The translations under genes were made by a program, and so were the position numbers. Shown here one piece after another: positions 28,287-36,961 of a stretch of DNA of 64,000 nt. How positions within the stretch are numbered: position 1 is the stretch's first letter; every line of letters begins with the position of its first letter. Source of the DNA: Spirochaetia bacterium (GTDB lineage: Bacteria > Spirochaetota > Spirochaetia > DSM-2461); contig OY764216.1 of assembly GCA_963668315.1 (NCBI GenBank), positions 4,160,001-4,224,000 of the forward strand, given 5' to 3'. The notes under the pieces were generated by a model. That model searched no databases. It worked only from the letters and a program-made list of their open reading frames with translations, and was not told the DNA's origin.

Positions 28287-30074
28287 ATGAAGAGTATCAA
28301 TATCCTATACGACAGGGAAGAAGATCTCTTTCCCGCCAGAGAAGAAGCCTCCTCATACGAACCTGAGAATATACTGATTCAGGTGTTTTACGGGCTTCCC
28401 GGCAATCGTGAGGGAATCATACGCCTTCAGGAAACACTAAGGGACTTCTTCCCCGGGTCTCCCGTCATAGGGGCGACAACTGACGGGGAGATGATAAATG
28501 CCAAAGTAAAAACCTCCTCAATCGTCATCAATATCTCGTTTTTTAAATCTACGACAGTTGCGTCATATCTAATCAGCCAGAACGAGAACCAGGAAAACGC
28601 GGCCGGGGAGATGGCGGCTTTTTTCACCCCCCGCAAGCCGAAGGTCATTATTGTCTTCGGTTCGGGGCTGAAAAATATAAAACTGAGAAACGACGTAGTT
28701 TTTCTTGAAAAGCTTAAGGACATGATGGGAGACGTCATTATCGCCGGCGGTCAGGCGGGAACGGACAACCCCGATGGGGAGTTCTGCCAGTTTAACGAGT
28801 CGACAATCATCAATAACGGTTACGTTGCTGCGGCCCTATCGGGGGAACAGCTCAGGGTCAAAAACGCCTTCTCCCTGGGATGGGAACCTCTCGGAAAGAA
28901 TATGACCATCACCAAAGCGGAGGGAAACAGAGTAGAGAGCATAGACGGCATTTCCCTGGGAGAAATATACGGCCATTATCTGGGAATTGATCCGGAAAAG
29001 TACAGTCCCTATCTTCATTCATTTCCCCTTATGGTGAATAGGAACGGAATTTTTACCACGGTCTCACCCGTTTCGGCCAACGATGACGGCTCCTATGATT
29101 TTGCCCAGCCCCTTCATCCGGGAGAACAGGTCCGGCTCAGCTACAGCGATGAAATTACCCTGATGGAGAGTATGCACGATCTGAAGAACGAAATGGATCG
29201 GTATAAACTGGAATCCCTGTTCATATACTCCTGTTCGGTACGGCGCAGGATTCTGGGAGAATATATTCATTTTGACGAAGAGGCCCTGGCCAGCTGTCAC
29301 TCCTCATCCGGTTTTTTCACCTTTGGCGAGTATTATACCGATCCGAAGGGGCAGCCCCACTCCTTTCAGCAGACCATGACGGTGCTTATGCTCTCGGAAT
29401 CCCCCTCTTTCACCAGGATTACACCGGTCCAGAAGGCAAGGCTATCCTTTGAAGAGCTGAAATCCCGTAAACTTATCGTTCAGAAAGTACTGAAAAATCT
29501 TCTGACCAGTACGACGAAAGAGCTGGAATCCAAACTTGAGGAACTGGCGTCTCTGGCCCACTTCGATCCCATGACGGAACTGGCGAACCGGAGACTGTTC
29601 GATGAAGCCATGGAGAAGGAAATTAAGAGACATGAAAGAAACGGCAGCCCCCTCTCCCTTATCATGCTTGATGTTGACCATTTCAAACTTTTCAACGACA
29701 GTTACGGCCATGTGGCGGGAGATGACTGCCTGAGAGCCATTGCCTTTTCCCTTAAGATTACGGCCAAGAGGCCTTCCGATCTGCCCTTCCGCTACGGGGG
29801 AGAAGAATTCGGCTGTATCCTCCCCCTGACCGACGGAGAAGGCGCCGTAAAAATCGCCGAGAAAATCAAAAAAGAGATTATGCGGCTGAAGATACCGAAC
29901 AAGGGCTCCTCCGCCGGAGACACGGTAACCGCCAGCATAGGCGTCATCACCGTAAGATGCCGCCGCGGAATGACACCCACCCAATTGATTGAGGAGTGTG
30001 ACGCCCTGCTCTATCAAGCGAAAGAGCAGGGACGGAACCGTGTGGTATCGAAAGATCTCTACAAAGAAGAGTGA
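28287..30074 (+). CDS. FIST-domain diguanylate cyclase
   Basis: FIST N/C (IGATTDGE, GW.P.G, YSCS.RR, GFFTFGE); GGDEF domain with RYGGEEF and I-site RPSD. Confidence 0.92.
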   Translation: MKSINILYDREEDLFPAREEASSYEPENILIQVFYGLPGNREGIIRLQETLRDFFPGSPVIGATTDGEMINAKVKTSSIVINISFFKSTTVASYLISQNENQENAAGEMAAFFTPRKPKVIIVFGSGLKNIKLRNDVVFLEKLKDMMGDVIIAGGQAGTDNPDGEFCQFNESTIINNGYVAAALSGEQLRVKNAFSLGWEPLGKNMTITKAEGNRVESIDGISLGEIYGHYLGIDPEKYSPYLHSFPLMVNRNGIFTTVSPVSANDDGSYDFAQPLHPGEQVRLSYSDEITLMESMHDLKNEMDRYKLESLFIYSCSVRRRILGEYIHFDEEALASCHSSSGFFTFGEYYTDPKGQPHSFQQTMTVLMLSESPSFTRITPVQKARLSFEELKSRKLIVQKVLKNLLTSTTKELESKLEELASLAHFDPMTELANRRLFDEAMEKEIKRHERNGSPLSLIMLDVDHFKLFNDSYGHVAGDDCLRAIAFSLKITAKRPSDLPFRYGGEEFGCILPLTDGEGAVKIAEKIKKEIMRLKIPNKGSSAGDTVTASIGVITVRCRRGMTPTQLIEECDALLYQAKEQGRNRVVSKDLYKEE

Positions 30075-30098
30075 TTCCTTCCCTGCCGCCTCCCCTAA

Positions 30099-30461
30099 TC
30101 AGGCCCGCTCTATTTTCACACTAACGGAGCCCTTGGGCCATGCACCGACGGCCGACGGATCGTCGACTCTCCCGATGATATGCTGGGGGTTACTGTCGGA
30201 GGCGGACTCATCTTCGCCGCCGAAGAAGAATGCGATCCAGTCGGCGCCGGGAATATAGGAGATCTCTCCGTCCTTCCAGCCCCTTCCGGCTTCTGAAGCA
30301 ACAGACTCCAGCGGTTCGGGCAGCAGGCCGCAGTAATCCACATGCGCCCTGCTCACACTGACCGTATAGGGCAGTTTGGCAACCATCGATTTTGCGGAAA
30401 CGGAATCATTCAGAGTGGCCATGGTAACATCCGACCCTATGCAGAGTTTTACCTTTGTCAT
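30099..30461 (-). CDS. Cyclophilin-like fold protein
   Basis: ATLNDS..A...LPY, GEISY, IAFFF, IIGRV. Confidence 0.75.
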   Translation of the reverse strand: MTKVKLCIGSDVTMATLNDSVSAKSMVAKLPYTVSVSRAHVDYCGLLPEPLESVASEAGRGWKDGEISYIPGADWIAFFFGGEDESASDSNPQHIIGRVDDPSAVGAWPKGSVSVKIERA

Positions 30462-30463
30462 TC

Positions 30464-31246
30464 TTAATTATCCTTTTTGGACATGATTTCGCCCAGGCAG
30501 GTCAAAGCATTCAGGGTTCTGGGAAAGCCGATGTAGGGCATGCACTGGGTGATGGCGGTAATCAGAGTTTCCCCGCTGTTGCCCACGCTCATGTTGACGA
30601 AAATATGGGATTTGACCTGGCTTTCACATCCTCCCAGGGTAATAAGAATACAAAGGGTCAGAAGCTCTCTTGTCGCCAGTTCGAGCCCGCTCCTTGTATA
30701 GATATCCCCGAAACAGTAGGCGGAGAGGTAATTCTGTATATGCTTCAGATTCTCCGGTGCGCTGGCGTGCATCTGATCGATAACATCGCCGAAAATGGAT
30801 TTCTGTACCTTCAGGCCCTCGTCAAAACGGGTTTCCTCGGTTACCGTGGACTGGCTTTCCACGGGAAGGGAAATACCGGCCTTGGAGAAAACATCGTTTG
30901 CCCGGTTTATGGCATTAAGAGTTTTGGGAAAGCCGATGTAGGGGGCGCACTGATAAAGAGCTTCCTTGATTTCAACGGGCGTCACCCCAACATTAAGGGC
31001 GGCGAAGACGTGGGCCGTCAGCTGGTCGAGTGTCTGGCTGGTGGTAAGGACAACCACCGTAATCAGCTCTCTCGTTTTATCGTCCATTTCTCCCTGATAG
31101 GAGACTTCACCGAATATAAAACGGCTCAGGATGTCCTGAAAATCCGGATCGCTTGCTGCGGCAGGGCTCTTGATATCTCCGAACAGCTCGGCAAACTTTT
31201 TCTCGCTTTTCTCTATTCTATTCATTTTAGGCTCCTTTTCTTCCAT
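30464..31246 (-). CDS. Carboxymuconolactone decarboxylase family protein (tandem CMD)
   Basis: Two repeats of RELIT/RELLT...PYIGFP.TLNA. Confidence 0.92.
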   Translation of the reverse strand: MEEKEPKMNRIEKSEKKFAELFGDIKSPAAASDPDFQDILSRFIFGEVSYQGEMDDKTRELITVVVLTTSQTLDQLTAHVFAALNVGVTPVEIKEALYQCAPYIGFPKTLNAINRANDVFSKAGISLPVESQSTVTEETRFDEGLKVQKSIFGDVIDQMHASAPENLKHIQNYLSAYCFGDIYTRSGLELATRELLTLCILITLGGCESQVKSHIFVNMSVGNSGETLITAITQCMPYIGFPRTLNALTCLGEIMSKKDN

Positions 31247-31459
31247 TTATGTATATCTCGTTTGTTTGGAATAGGATGATAACTTCTATCGGGCAGCGTC
31301 TTGATTTACTGCCATAATAAACATAGGACAGACCGGACGAAAATAAAAGATACATTCCCACATATATATTGCCTATTCTTACATATTATACAAAATTTAT
31401 ATGCTTTTTTTCCTTTTTTTATATATAATATTACCTATTCTATTCTCATAGAGGTAAAA

Positions 31460-32341
31460 ATGGATAACAAAATAGATGAAATGAGAAAAATCCTTGAAAA
31501 GAAGCTTCCCGCAGCGGGAATTTTTGATTCGGGAATCAAAGGGGTTGGTCTATTCCGCAGGGACTCCCCATATAAAAAAAGGCCCCAGCTCTATAATCCC
31601 CAGATAATCATCCTGGCCCAGGGGAAGAAAAATATCTATCTCGGCGAAGAGAGCTACGTTTACGACCCCTCCCATTATTATGTACAGACAGTTCCCCTTC
31701 CCGTAGAATGCGAGGCGGTCATGGAAAAGGACAAACCTATTCTGGGCATGGTGATCAGCGTTGATCCCCAGATGATAGGCGAGATTCTGTTCGAAATGGA
31801 GACCGACCCCCCCTCCTCCCGTCAGGTGCGTCCCAGCCTTTACGATGCCCCCCTCACAAACGATATTCTGGAAGCTACCGTCAGGTTCCTGAAAGCTCTC
31901 AATTCGGTGAACGAAAAAAGAGTACTGGGCCCTCTCTACCTCAAGGAAATTCTCTTCAAGATCCTCAGCGGGGAAAACGGGGATATACTGCGTGAGCTGG
32001 CGACAAACAACCGGGGCTTCTATCAGATCTCCCGGGTGATCAATAAAATCCATGAGCAGTACTCCCAGCCCATAGAAATCCAGGCTCTGGCGAGAGAGAC
32101 CGGTATGAGTTCCACCGCGTTCCACGCCACCTTCAAAGCCATGACCAGCACGTCTCCCCTGCAGTATATCAAGAACGTAAGACTGCATAAGGCCAAGGAG
32201 CTTCTCCAGAACGAAGGAGAGAAGGCCAATACCGCGGCCATGCGGGTGGGATATGAAAGTTCCTCCCAGTTCAGCAGGGAATATAAGCGATGTTTCGGGG
32301 TCACTCCCGCCAAGGACAGACAGCAGGTATCCGCCTACTGA
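31460..32341 (+). CDS. AraC-family regulator (YqhC-like AraC_N)
   Basis: AQGKK, SPLQYIK..RLHKA, VGYESSSQFSREYKR; start MDNK with GAGG RBS. Confidence 0.93.
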   Translation: MDNKIDEMRKILEKKLPAAGIFDSGIKGVGLFRRDSPYKKRPQLYNPQIIILAQGKKNIYLGEESYVYDPSHYYVQTVPLPVECEAVMEKDKPILGMVISVDPQMIGEILFEMETDPPSSRQVRPSLYDAPLTNDILEATVRFLKALNSVNEKRVLGPLYLKEILFKILSGENGDILRELATNNRGFYQISRVINKIHEQYSQPIEIQALARETGMSSTAFHATFKAMTSTSPLQYIKNVRLHKAKELLQNEGEKANTAAMRVGYESSSQFSREYKRCFGVTPAKDRQQVSAY

Positions 32342-32367
32342 CGCCCTGATATCCGGTTGATAAAGAA

Positions 32368-32410
32368 CCCTCCGGAAGGTCATCTTCCGGAGGGCCGGTT
32401 TTTGGTTTTG
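32368..32410. terminator. Terminator hairpin between the convergent AraC and reductase genes
   Basis: CCCTCCGGAAG/CTTCCGGAGGG stem with downstream T-rich tract. Confidence 0.7.
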
Positions 32411-32448
32411 GGACCGGCAGCCGCCGGCAAAGAGCTTATCTGCTCCGA

Positions 32449-34305
32449 TTACTCCTGGACTGCATTCTGACCGGCGATACGGCCGTACACGATAATATCG
32501 GTAATGGCGTTACCGCCGAGACGGTTGGTTCCGTGAACTCCGCCGGTGACTTCACCCGCCGCATAAAGACCGGGAATGGCATGGCCATCGGTATCGATGA
32601 CCTGCGCCCTGTTATTAATCTTAACACCGCCCATGGTGTGGTGGACAAAGGGATGGGTCCAGGTGGCATGAATCGTATCCGCCGTCACATCAAAGTACTC
32701 ACCGTAAATGGAACGTCCGAATTTATCATCGGCCTTTTCCCTGCCCTCGTTGTACTCGTTAATGGCCTTTTCCAGATTTTCCGCCGGAACTCCCATGTTC
32801 GCGGCCAGCTCGGCCACGGTGCTTCCCTTGTAGGAGTTGGGGCTGTCCTTGAACTTCTCAAAGAGTACCGGGGTCAGCTTGTCATTGGTGGCGGGGTTAT
32901 AGAGCATGAACATACCCTTCTTTTCCTGCTCCAGCTCGGCTGCGGAAACCTCATCCCGCCTTCCGTCCTCCTTGACGAAGCGGTTGCCGTCCTGATTAAC
33001 CATGATCACGTTCTCAATATTTCCGATATAGATGGAAGACGTTTTGGAGTAATAAATGGGAATCAGCTGTATCCACTCCATACCCGTCGTATCGGCGCCG
33101 ATAGCCTCTGCCATAACAATTCCGTCTCCCGTGGCACCGGGGTGATTGGTCGTTTCAATAGAAGCATCCAGGGTCGGCCAGAACTTGTTGTAATGCTGAC
33201 GCATCTCGACATTGGCGCCGAAACCGCCGGAAGTAAGGACAACCGCTTTATTGGCCTTGTATTCGAAGGGAACTCCTTCCGCAGTGGTCCCTCTGACGCC
33301 GGTGACCTTTCCCCCCTCACGGATGATTTCCTCAACCTTTGAATCGACCACAATCTCTCCCCCGTTGGCCTCAACGTAATTCCTCTGGGGATAGAGGAAC
33401 TCCGTTCCCTGGTCTCCGGGAACCTTGTTGGCTCTGACCCAGACCGTACCGATCATGGCCACGACCTGGTCAGTCCAGTTCGTGCCGAGTTCTTCCAAAA
33501 AATGGAATGCTTCCACCGTATGGTCTCCGTAAGTATCTATGATTTCGGGGTCTCCCACATAGTCGCCGCCGTCATACGTATGGATCTTATGAAGGGAAGG
33601 ACTGTCGAAAAGATAATCCGCTCCGGAAGCCTTATAATCGTCAAACTCCTTCCTGAGGGTCTCCTGCCACTTTTCCATAAGAGGATCTCTGGGCTCCAGG
33701 GCGATAGCTTCCTCCACGCGCTTCATCTCCGATTCGCTCATTTTGTACTGGTGCTGCCTCTCCGGAACGGGAGCATTCATGGCACTTCCCGCTCTGATGG
33801 TATTTCCTCCGATAAAGGGCATTTTTTCCACCACCAGAACGGAACTGTCCGCCTTGAGGACCTCAACAGCGGCACTCAGACCGGCACCGCCGGCACCTAC
33901 GACAATGACATCATAGGTTCCGGAAAGGGAAGAAACACTCTCCTTCTCTGTCTGAGTCAGAGACGCCTTTGCCAGGGCGGCGGCAGTGGCTTTCATGATA
34001 GCGCCGCTGGTCATGGAGGCACCCGAAACCCCATCCACATCGGTACCCTGGCTCTCTACGATCCGCTGGGGAACCTTCTCAATAGCCGGGTCGCTCAATC
34101 CGGGAGTTTCCGAATGGCCGGTAACGGCAACGGCTTTGATCTCATCGGCCGAAACCTTGACTTCTACGGTTAATGTCCCCCCGTTTCCCTGTGCTTCCCC
34201 CGTATAGGTTCCCGCTTTGTAGATCCCTTCGCTCTTGCCGCAGGAAAACAGCACGATTCCTGTCAGCAGAAGCAGAGTAAATAGTCTTGAAACTGATTTT
34301 TTCAT
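32449..34305 (-). CDS. Flavocytochrome c-like FAD reductase lipoprotein with N-terminal FMN-binding (flavinylation) domain
   Basis: Lipobox LFSC; ETPG and DGVSGASMTS; GAGGAG, TGDG, HHTMGG, GLYAAGEVTGGVHGTNRLGGNA. Confidence 0.92.
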   Translation of the reverse strand: MKKSVSRLFTLLLLTGIVLFSCGKSEGIYKAGTYTGEAQGNGGTLTVEVKVSADEIKAVAVTGHSETPGLSDPAIEKVPQRIVESQGTDVDGVSGASMTSGAIMKATAAALAKASLTQTEKESVSSLSGTYDVIVVGAGGAGLSAAVEVLKADSSVLVVEKMPFIGGNTIRAGSAMNAPVPERQHQYKMSESEMKRVEEAIALEPRDPLMEKWQETLRKEFDDYKASGADYLFDSPSLHKIHTYDGGDYVGDPEIIDTYGDHTVEAFHFLEELGTNWTDQVVAMIGTVWVRANKVPGDQGTEFLYPQRNYVEANGGEIVVDSKVEEIIREGGKVTGVRGTTAEGVPFEYKANKAVVLTSGGFGANVEMRQHYNKFWPTLDASIETTNHPGATGDGIVMAEAIGADTTGMEWIQLIPIYYSKTSSIYIGNIENVIMVNQDGNRFVKEDGRRDEVSAAELEQEKKGMFMLYNPATNDKLTPVLFEKFKDSPNSYKGSTVAELAANMGVPAENLEKAINEYNEGREKADDKFGRSIYGEYFDVTADTIHATWTHPFVHHTMGGVKINNRAQVIDTDGHAIPGLYAAGEVTGGVHGTNRLGGNAITDIIVYGRIAGQNAVQE

Positions 34306-34323
34306 CTCTCCATCCTTGATGAT

Positions 34324-34382
34324 ATTATTTCGTCATACATGTATGACGAAATAATCATAAGGGGAGTTTTCTAATAAGTCAA
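34324..34382 (-). promoter_or_regulatory. Sigma70 promoter overlapped by a perfect 32-bp palindrome (probable TetR operator)
   Basis: TTGACT(34382-34377)-17-TATGAT(34359-34354); palindrome ATTATTTCGTCATACA|TGTATGACGAAATAAT at 34324-34355. Confidence 0.8.
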
Positions 34383-34405
34383 GCTTTATCGATATTTAAT
34401 TATTT

Positions 34406-34987
34406 TTATAAAAAGAGGGAATCAATCCACCGGTAGATTTCTCTTTCCGTCTCCTCGCTGGGAAGGGAACGCCCCGAGGTATGGCAGAACCTGATGCGGA
34501 CTCCGAGAAAGAGAACCTGAAAAAATTCATAGATATTCTCTTCCGTTCTGTCGGCGGAGATTTCCCCGGAGGCGATACCGGACTCGATGATTTTCACCAG
34601 GATCTTTTGAGCGCTGTTCTGCTCCAGTTTTCCCCTGGCGCTTAATGAAAGGAGAGTACTTTCGAAGGAAAGGAGCATATTGATAAGCCGTGTCTGCACA
34701 TAGTGGATATATTCGTTCGTATACAGTTTCAAAGCGTCCCGGCAGGGAAGATTTTTCAATTTCCCCTCATACAGATCAATGAAATATGTATCAAAACGTT
34801 TCTGCCTGTCCAGAATCAGATCATCCTTGGATTTGAAATAGTGATAGAACGTTCCGTGATTGATCCCGGCCTTCTGGCATACCCCCCTGATAGTCAGCTT
34901 GTCATAACCGTCGGCTGTCACGATTTCATCAACCGAAGCCCTGATGGCCTCCAGAGTACGTTTATACTGTCTTTCTCTCTGATTCAT
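34406..34987 (-). CDS. TetR/AcrR-family regulator
   Basis: GYDKLTIRGVCQKAGINHGTFYHYFKSKDDL. Confidence 0.93.
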   Translation of the reverse strand: MNQRERQYKRTLEAIRASVDEIVTADGYDKLTIRGVCQKAGINHGTFYHYFKSKDDLILDRQKRFDTYFIDLYEGKLKNLPCRDALKLYTNEYIHYVQTRLINMLLSFESTLLSLSARGKLEQNSAQKILVKIIESGIASGEISADRTEENIYEFFQVLFLGVRIRFCHTSGRSLPSEETEREIYRWIDSLFL

Positions 34988-35079
34988 AGAACAAACTATA
35001 TATAATTAGGGTATTTTTTACTACAACGAAACCAAAGTTTTCCCTTGTCTTTCCCCTCTTCATCTGCTAATTTAATCCT

Positions 35080-36951
35080 ATGCAGATAAATAAGGTGAAT
35101 GAAAAGAAAGGTCTCAATTACGGCGTGATTGGAAACGGCACATCGGCCGCACTTATATCCCACAGGGGCAGTATCGACTTTGCCTGCCTTCCCTATTTCG
35201 ATTCCCCCACCCTGTTCGGCCGGCTTCTTGATGATGAGAGAGGGGGCAGTTTCTCCATTGAAACCGACTCTTCCTATTCTGTCAGTCAGCAGTATATACG
35301 CAATACCAATATTCTTCTGACCCGGTTCCGCTCCGACGAGGGCGCTTTCAATGTGATCGATTTCATGCCCCGCTTCAAACGGGGCGACTCCAGTTACTAC
35401 TGCCCTTCCGAAATTGTCCGCCTCATCAAGTATAAGGGGGGCTCTCCCCGTTTCCGCCTCCGTTACAATCCCCGTCCCGTCTATGCAGAGCACGAGGTCC
35501 AGACCGAAACTCATGAGAAATATATCAAGAGTTTTACTTCCCGGGGACGCTACGAATCCTTCTATCTCTATACCGATCTCTCCTTTGGAGACCTTCTCGA
35601 AAGCAGAGAAATTACCCTGCGCCAAGACTGCTTCTGCCTGATAAGCTACAATCAGAAACTCCTGGAAGTGAACATGGACTCGGTCTATCTGGAATACTAC
35701 CAGACCAAAGTCTACTGGCTGGAATGGGCCCAGAGAACGGTCAGCTTTGAAAAATACAACGATCAGATTCTGCGGAGCGCCCTGGTTCTCAAACTGCTGA
35801 CTTTCCAGAAAACCGGCTCCATCATCGCCGCCGTGACCACCGGTCTTCCCGAAACCGCCGGGGAGGAAAGGAACTGGGACTACCGCTTCTGCTGGATTCG
35901 AGACTCCTCCATGATAATACAGATTCTTTTCCAGCTCCGTCATTACCGTGTGGCGAAAAACTTCCTCCGCTTTATTCTCGACGTCATCTCCTACAAGGAC
36001 GAGAAGATGCAGATCATGTACGGTATCCGGGGGGAGAAGATCCTGACAGAGGGCTCCCTCGATTGGCTCAAGGGCTATAAGGACAGCCGCCCCGTCAGAG
36101 TGGGAAACGGCGCCTATATTCAAAAGCAGAACGATATCTACGGGGTTCTTCTCGATGTCATCTACCGGAACTTCCAGTATTTCGGAACCGACGTGGAAAA
36201 TGCCGAAGATCTCTGGACGACAACCAGAAGCCTTGTTAAAAATGTCTCGGAAAACTGGCGCGACGCTGATATGGGCATCTGGGAATTCCGGTCGCAGAAA
36301 CGTCACTTTGTTTTTTCCAAAATGCTCTGCTGGGTTGCGCTGGACCGGGGCAGTAAAATCGCCGGGATCCTGGGTCAGGAGAGCTACCGTGAAAAATGGA
36401 GCGCCCTGGCCGATGAAATATCCCGGGATATTCACGAGAACGGCTGGAACGAAGAGAAAGGGGCCTTTACCCAGAGTTATGAGAATGATGCCCTCGACGC
36501 GGCGAATCTTCTCATGGCACCCTACGGTTTTATCGATCCGACGGACCCCAAATACGTCAGCACCGTCCGGCAGACGGAAAAAGAACTCTGCCGGGACGGT
36601 CTCATGTACCGGTATATCAATGTGGACGATTTCGGGCTTCCGAAAAGCTCCTTCACCGTTTGTACTTTCTGGCTGATTAAAGCTCTCTATCAGATTGGAG
36701 AGCGGAAGAAAGCGGTGGAATATTTTGACAATCTTCTCTCAGAATCCAACCATCTGGGACTATTTTCCGAAGATCTGGACTTCGAAAGCCGGGAGCTTCT
36801 GGGCAATTTTCCCCAGGGCTATTCCCACCTGGCACTTATCGATACGGCGATAACCCTCATGGAAGGGGCGGTTGAACCGGAGGAGCTTATGATAGACATG
36901 CTGGAAAACCTGCAGACCACCGGCGACCTGCTTCAGGAAAGGGAGGAATGA
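35080..36951 (+). CDS. Glycoside hydrolase family 15 (trehalase/glucoamylase-like)
   Basis: TTGLPE, RNWDYRFCWIRD, GIWEFR, LGLFSE, GNFPQGYSHLALI. Confidence 0.93.
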   Translation: MQINKVNEKKGLNYGVIGNGTSAALISHRGSIDFACLPYFDSPTLFGRLLDDERGGSFSIETDSSYSVSQQYIRNTNILLTRFRSDEGAFNVIDFMPRFKRGDSSYYCPSEIVRLIKYKGGSPRFRLRYNPRPVYAEHEVQTETHEKYIKSFTSRGRYESFYLYTDLSFGDLLESREITLRQDCFCLISYNQKLLEVNMDSVYLEYYQTKVYWLEWAQRTVSFEKYNDQILRSALVLKLLTFQKTGSIIAAVTTGLPETAGEERNWDYRFCWIRDSSMIIQILFQLRHYRVAKNFLRFILDVISYKDEKMQIMYGIRGEKILTEGSLDWLKGYKDSRPVRVGNGAYIQKQNDIYGVLLDVIYRNFQYFGTDVENAEDLWTTTRSLVKNVSENWRDADMGIWEFRSQKRHFVFSKMLCWVALDRGSKIAGILGQESYREKWSALADEISRDIHENGWNEEKGAFTQSYENDALDAANLLMAPYGFIDPTDPKYVSTVRQTEKELCRDGLMYRYINVDDFGLPKSSFTVCTFWLIKALYQIGERKKAVEYFDNLLSESNHLGLFSEDLDFESRELLGNFPQGYSHLALIDTAITLMEGAVEPEELMIDMLENLQTTGDLLQEREE

Positions 36952-36961
36952 GTCATCCGGA

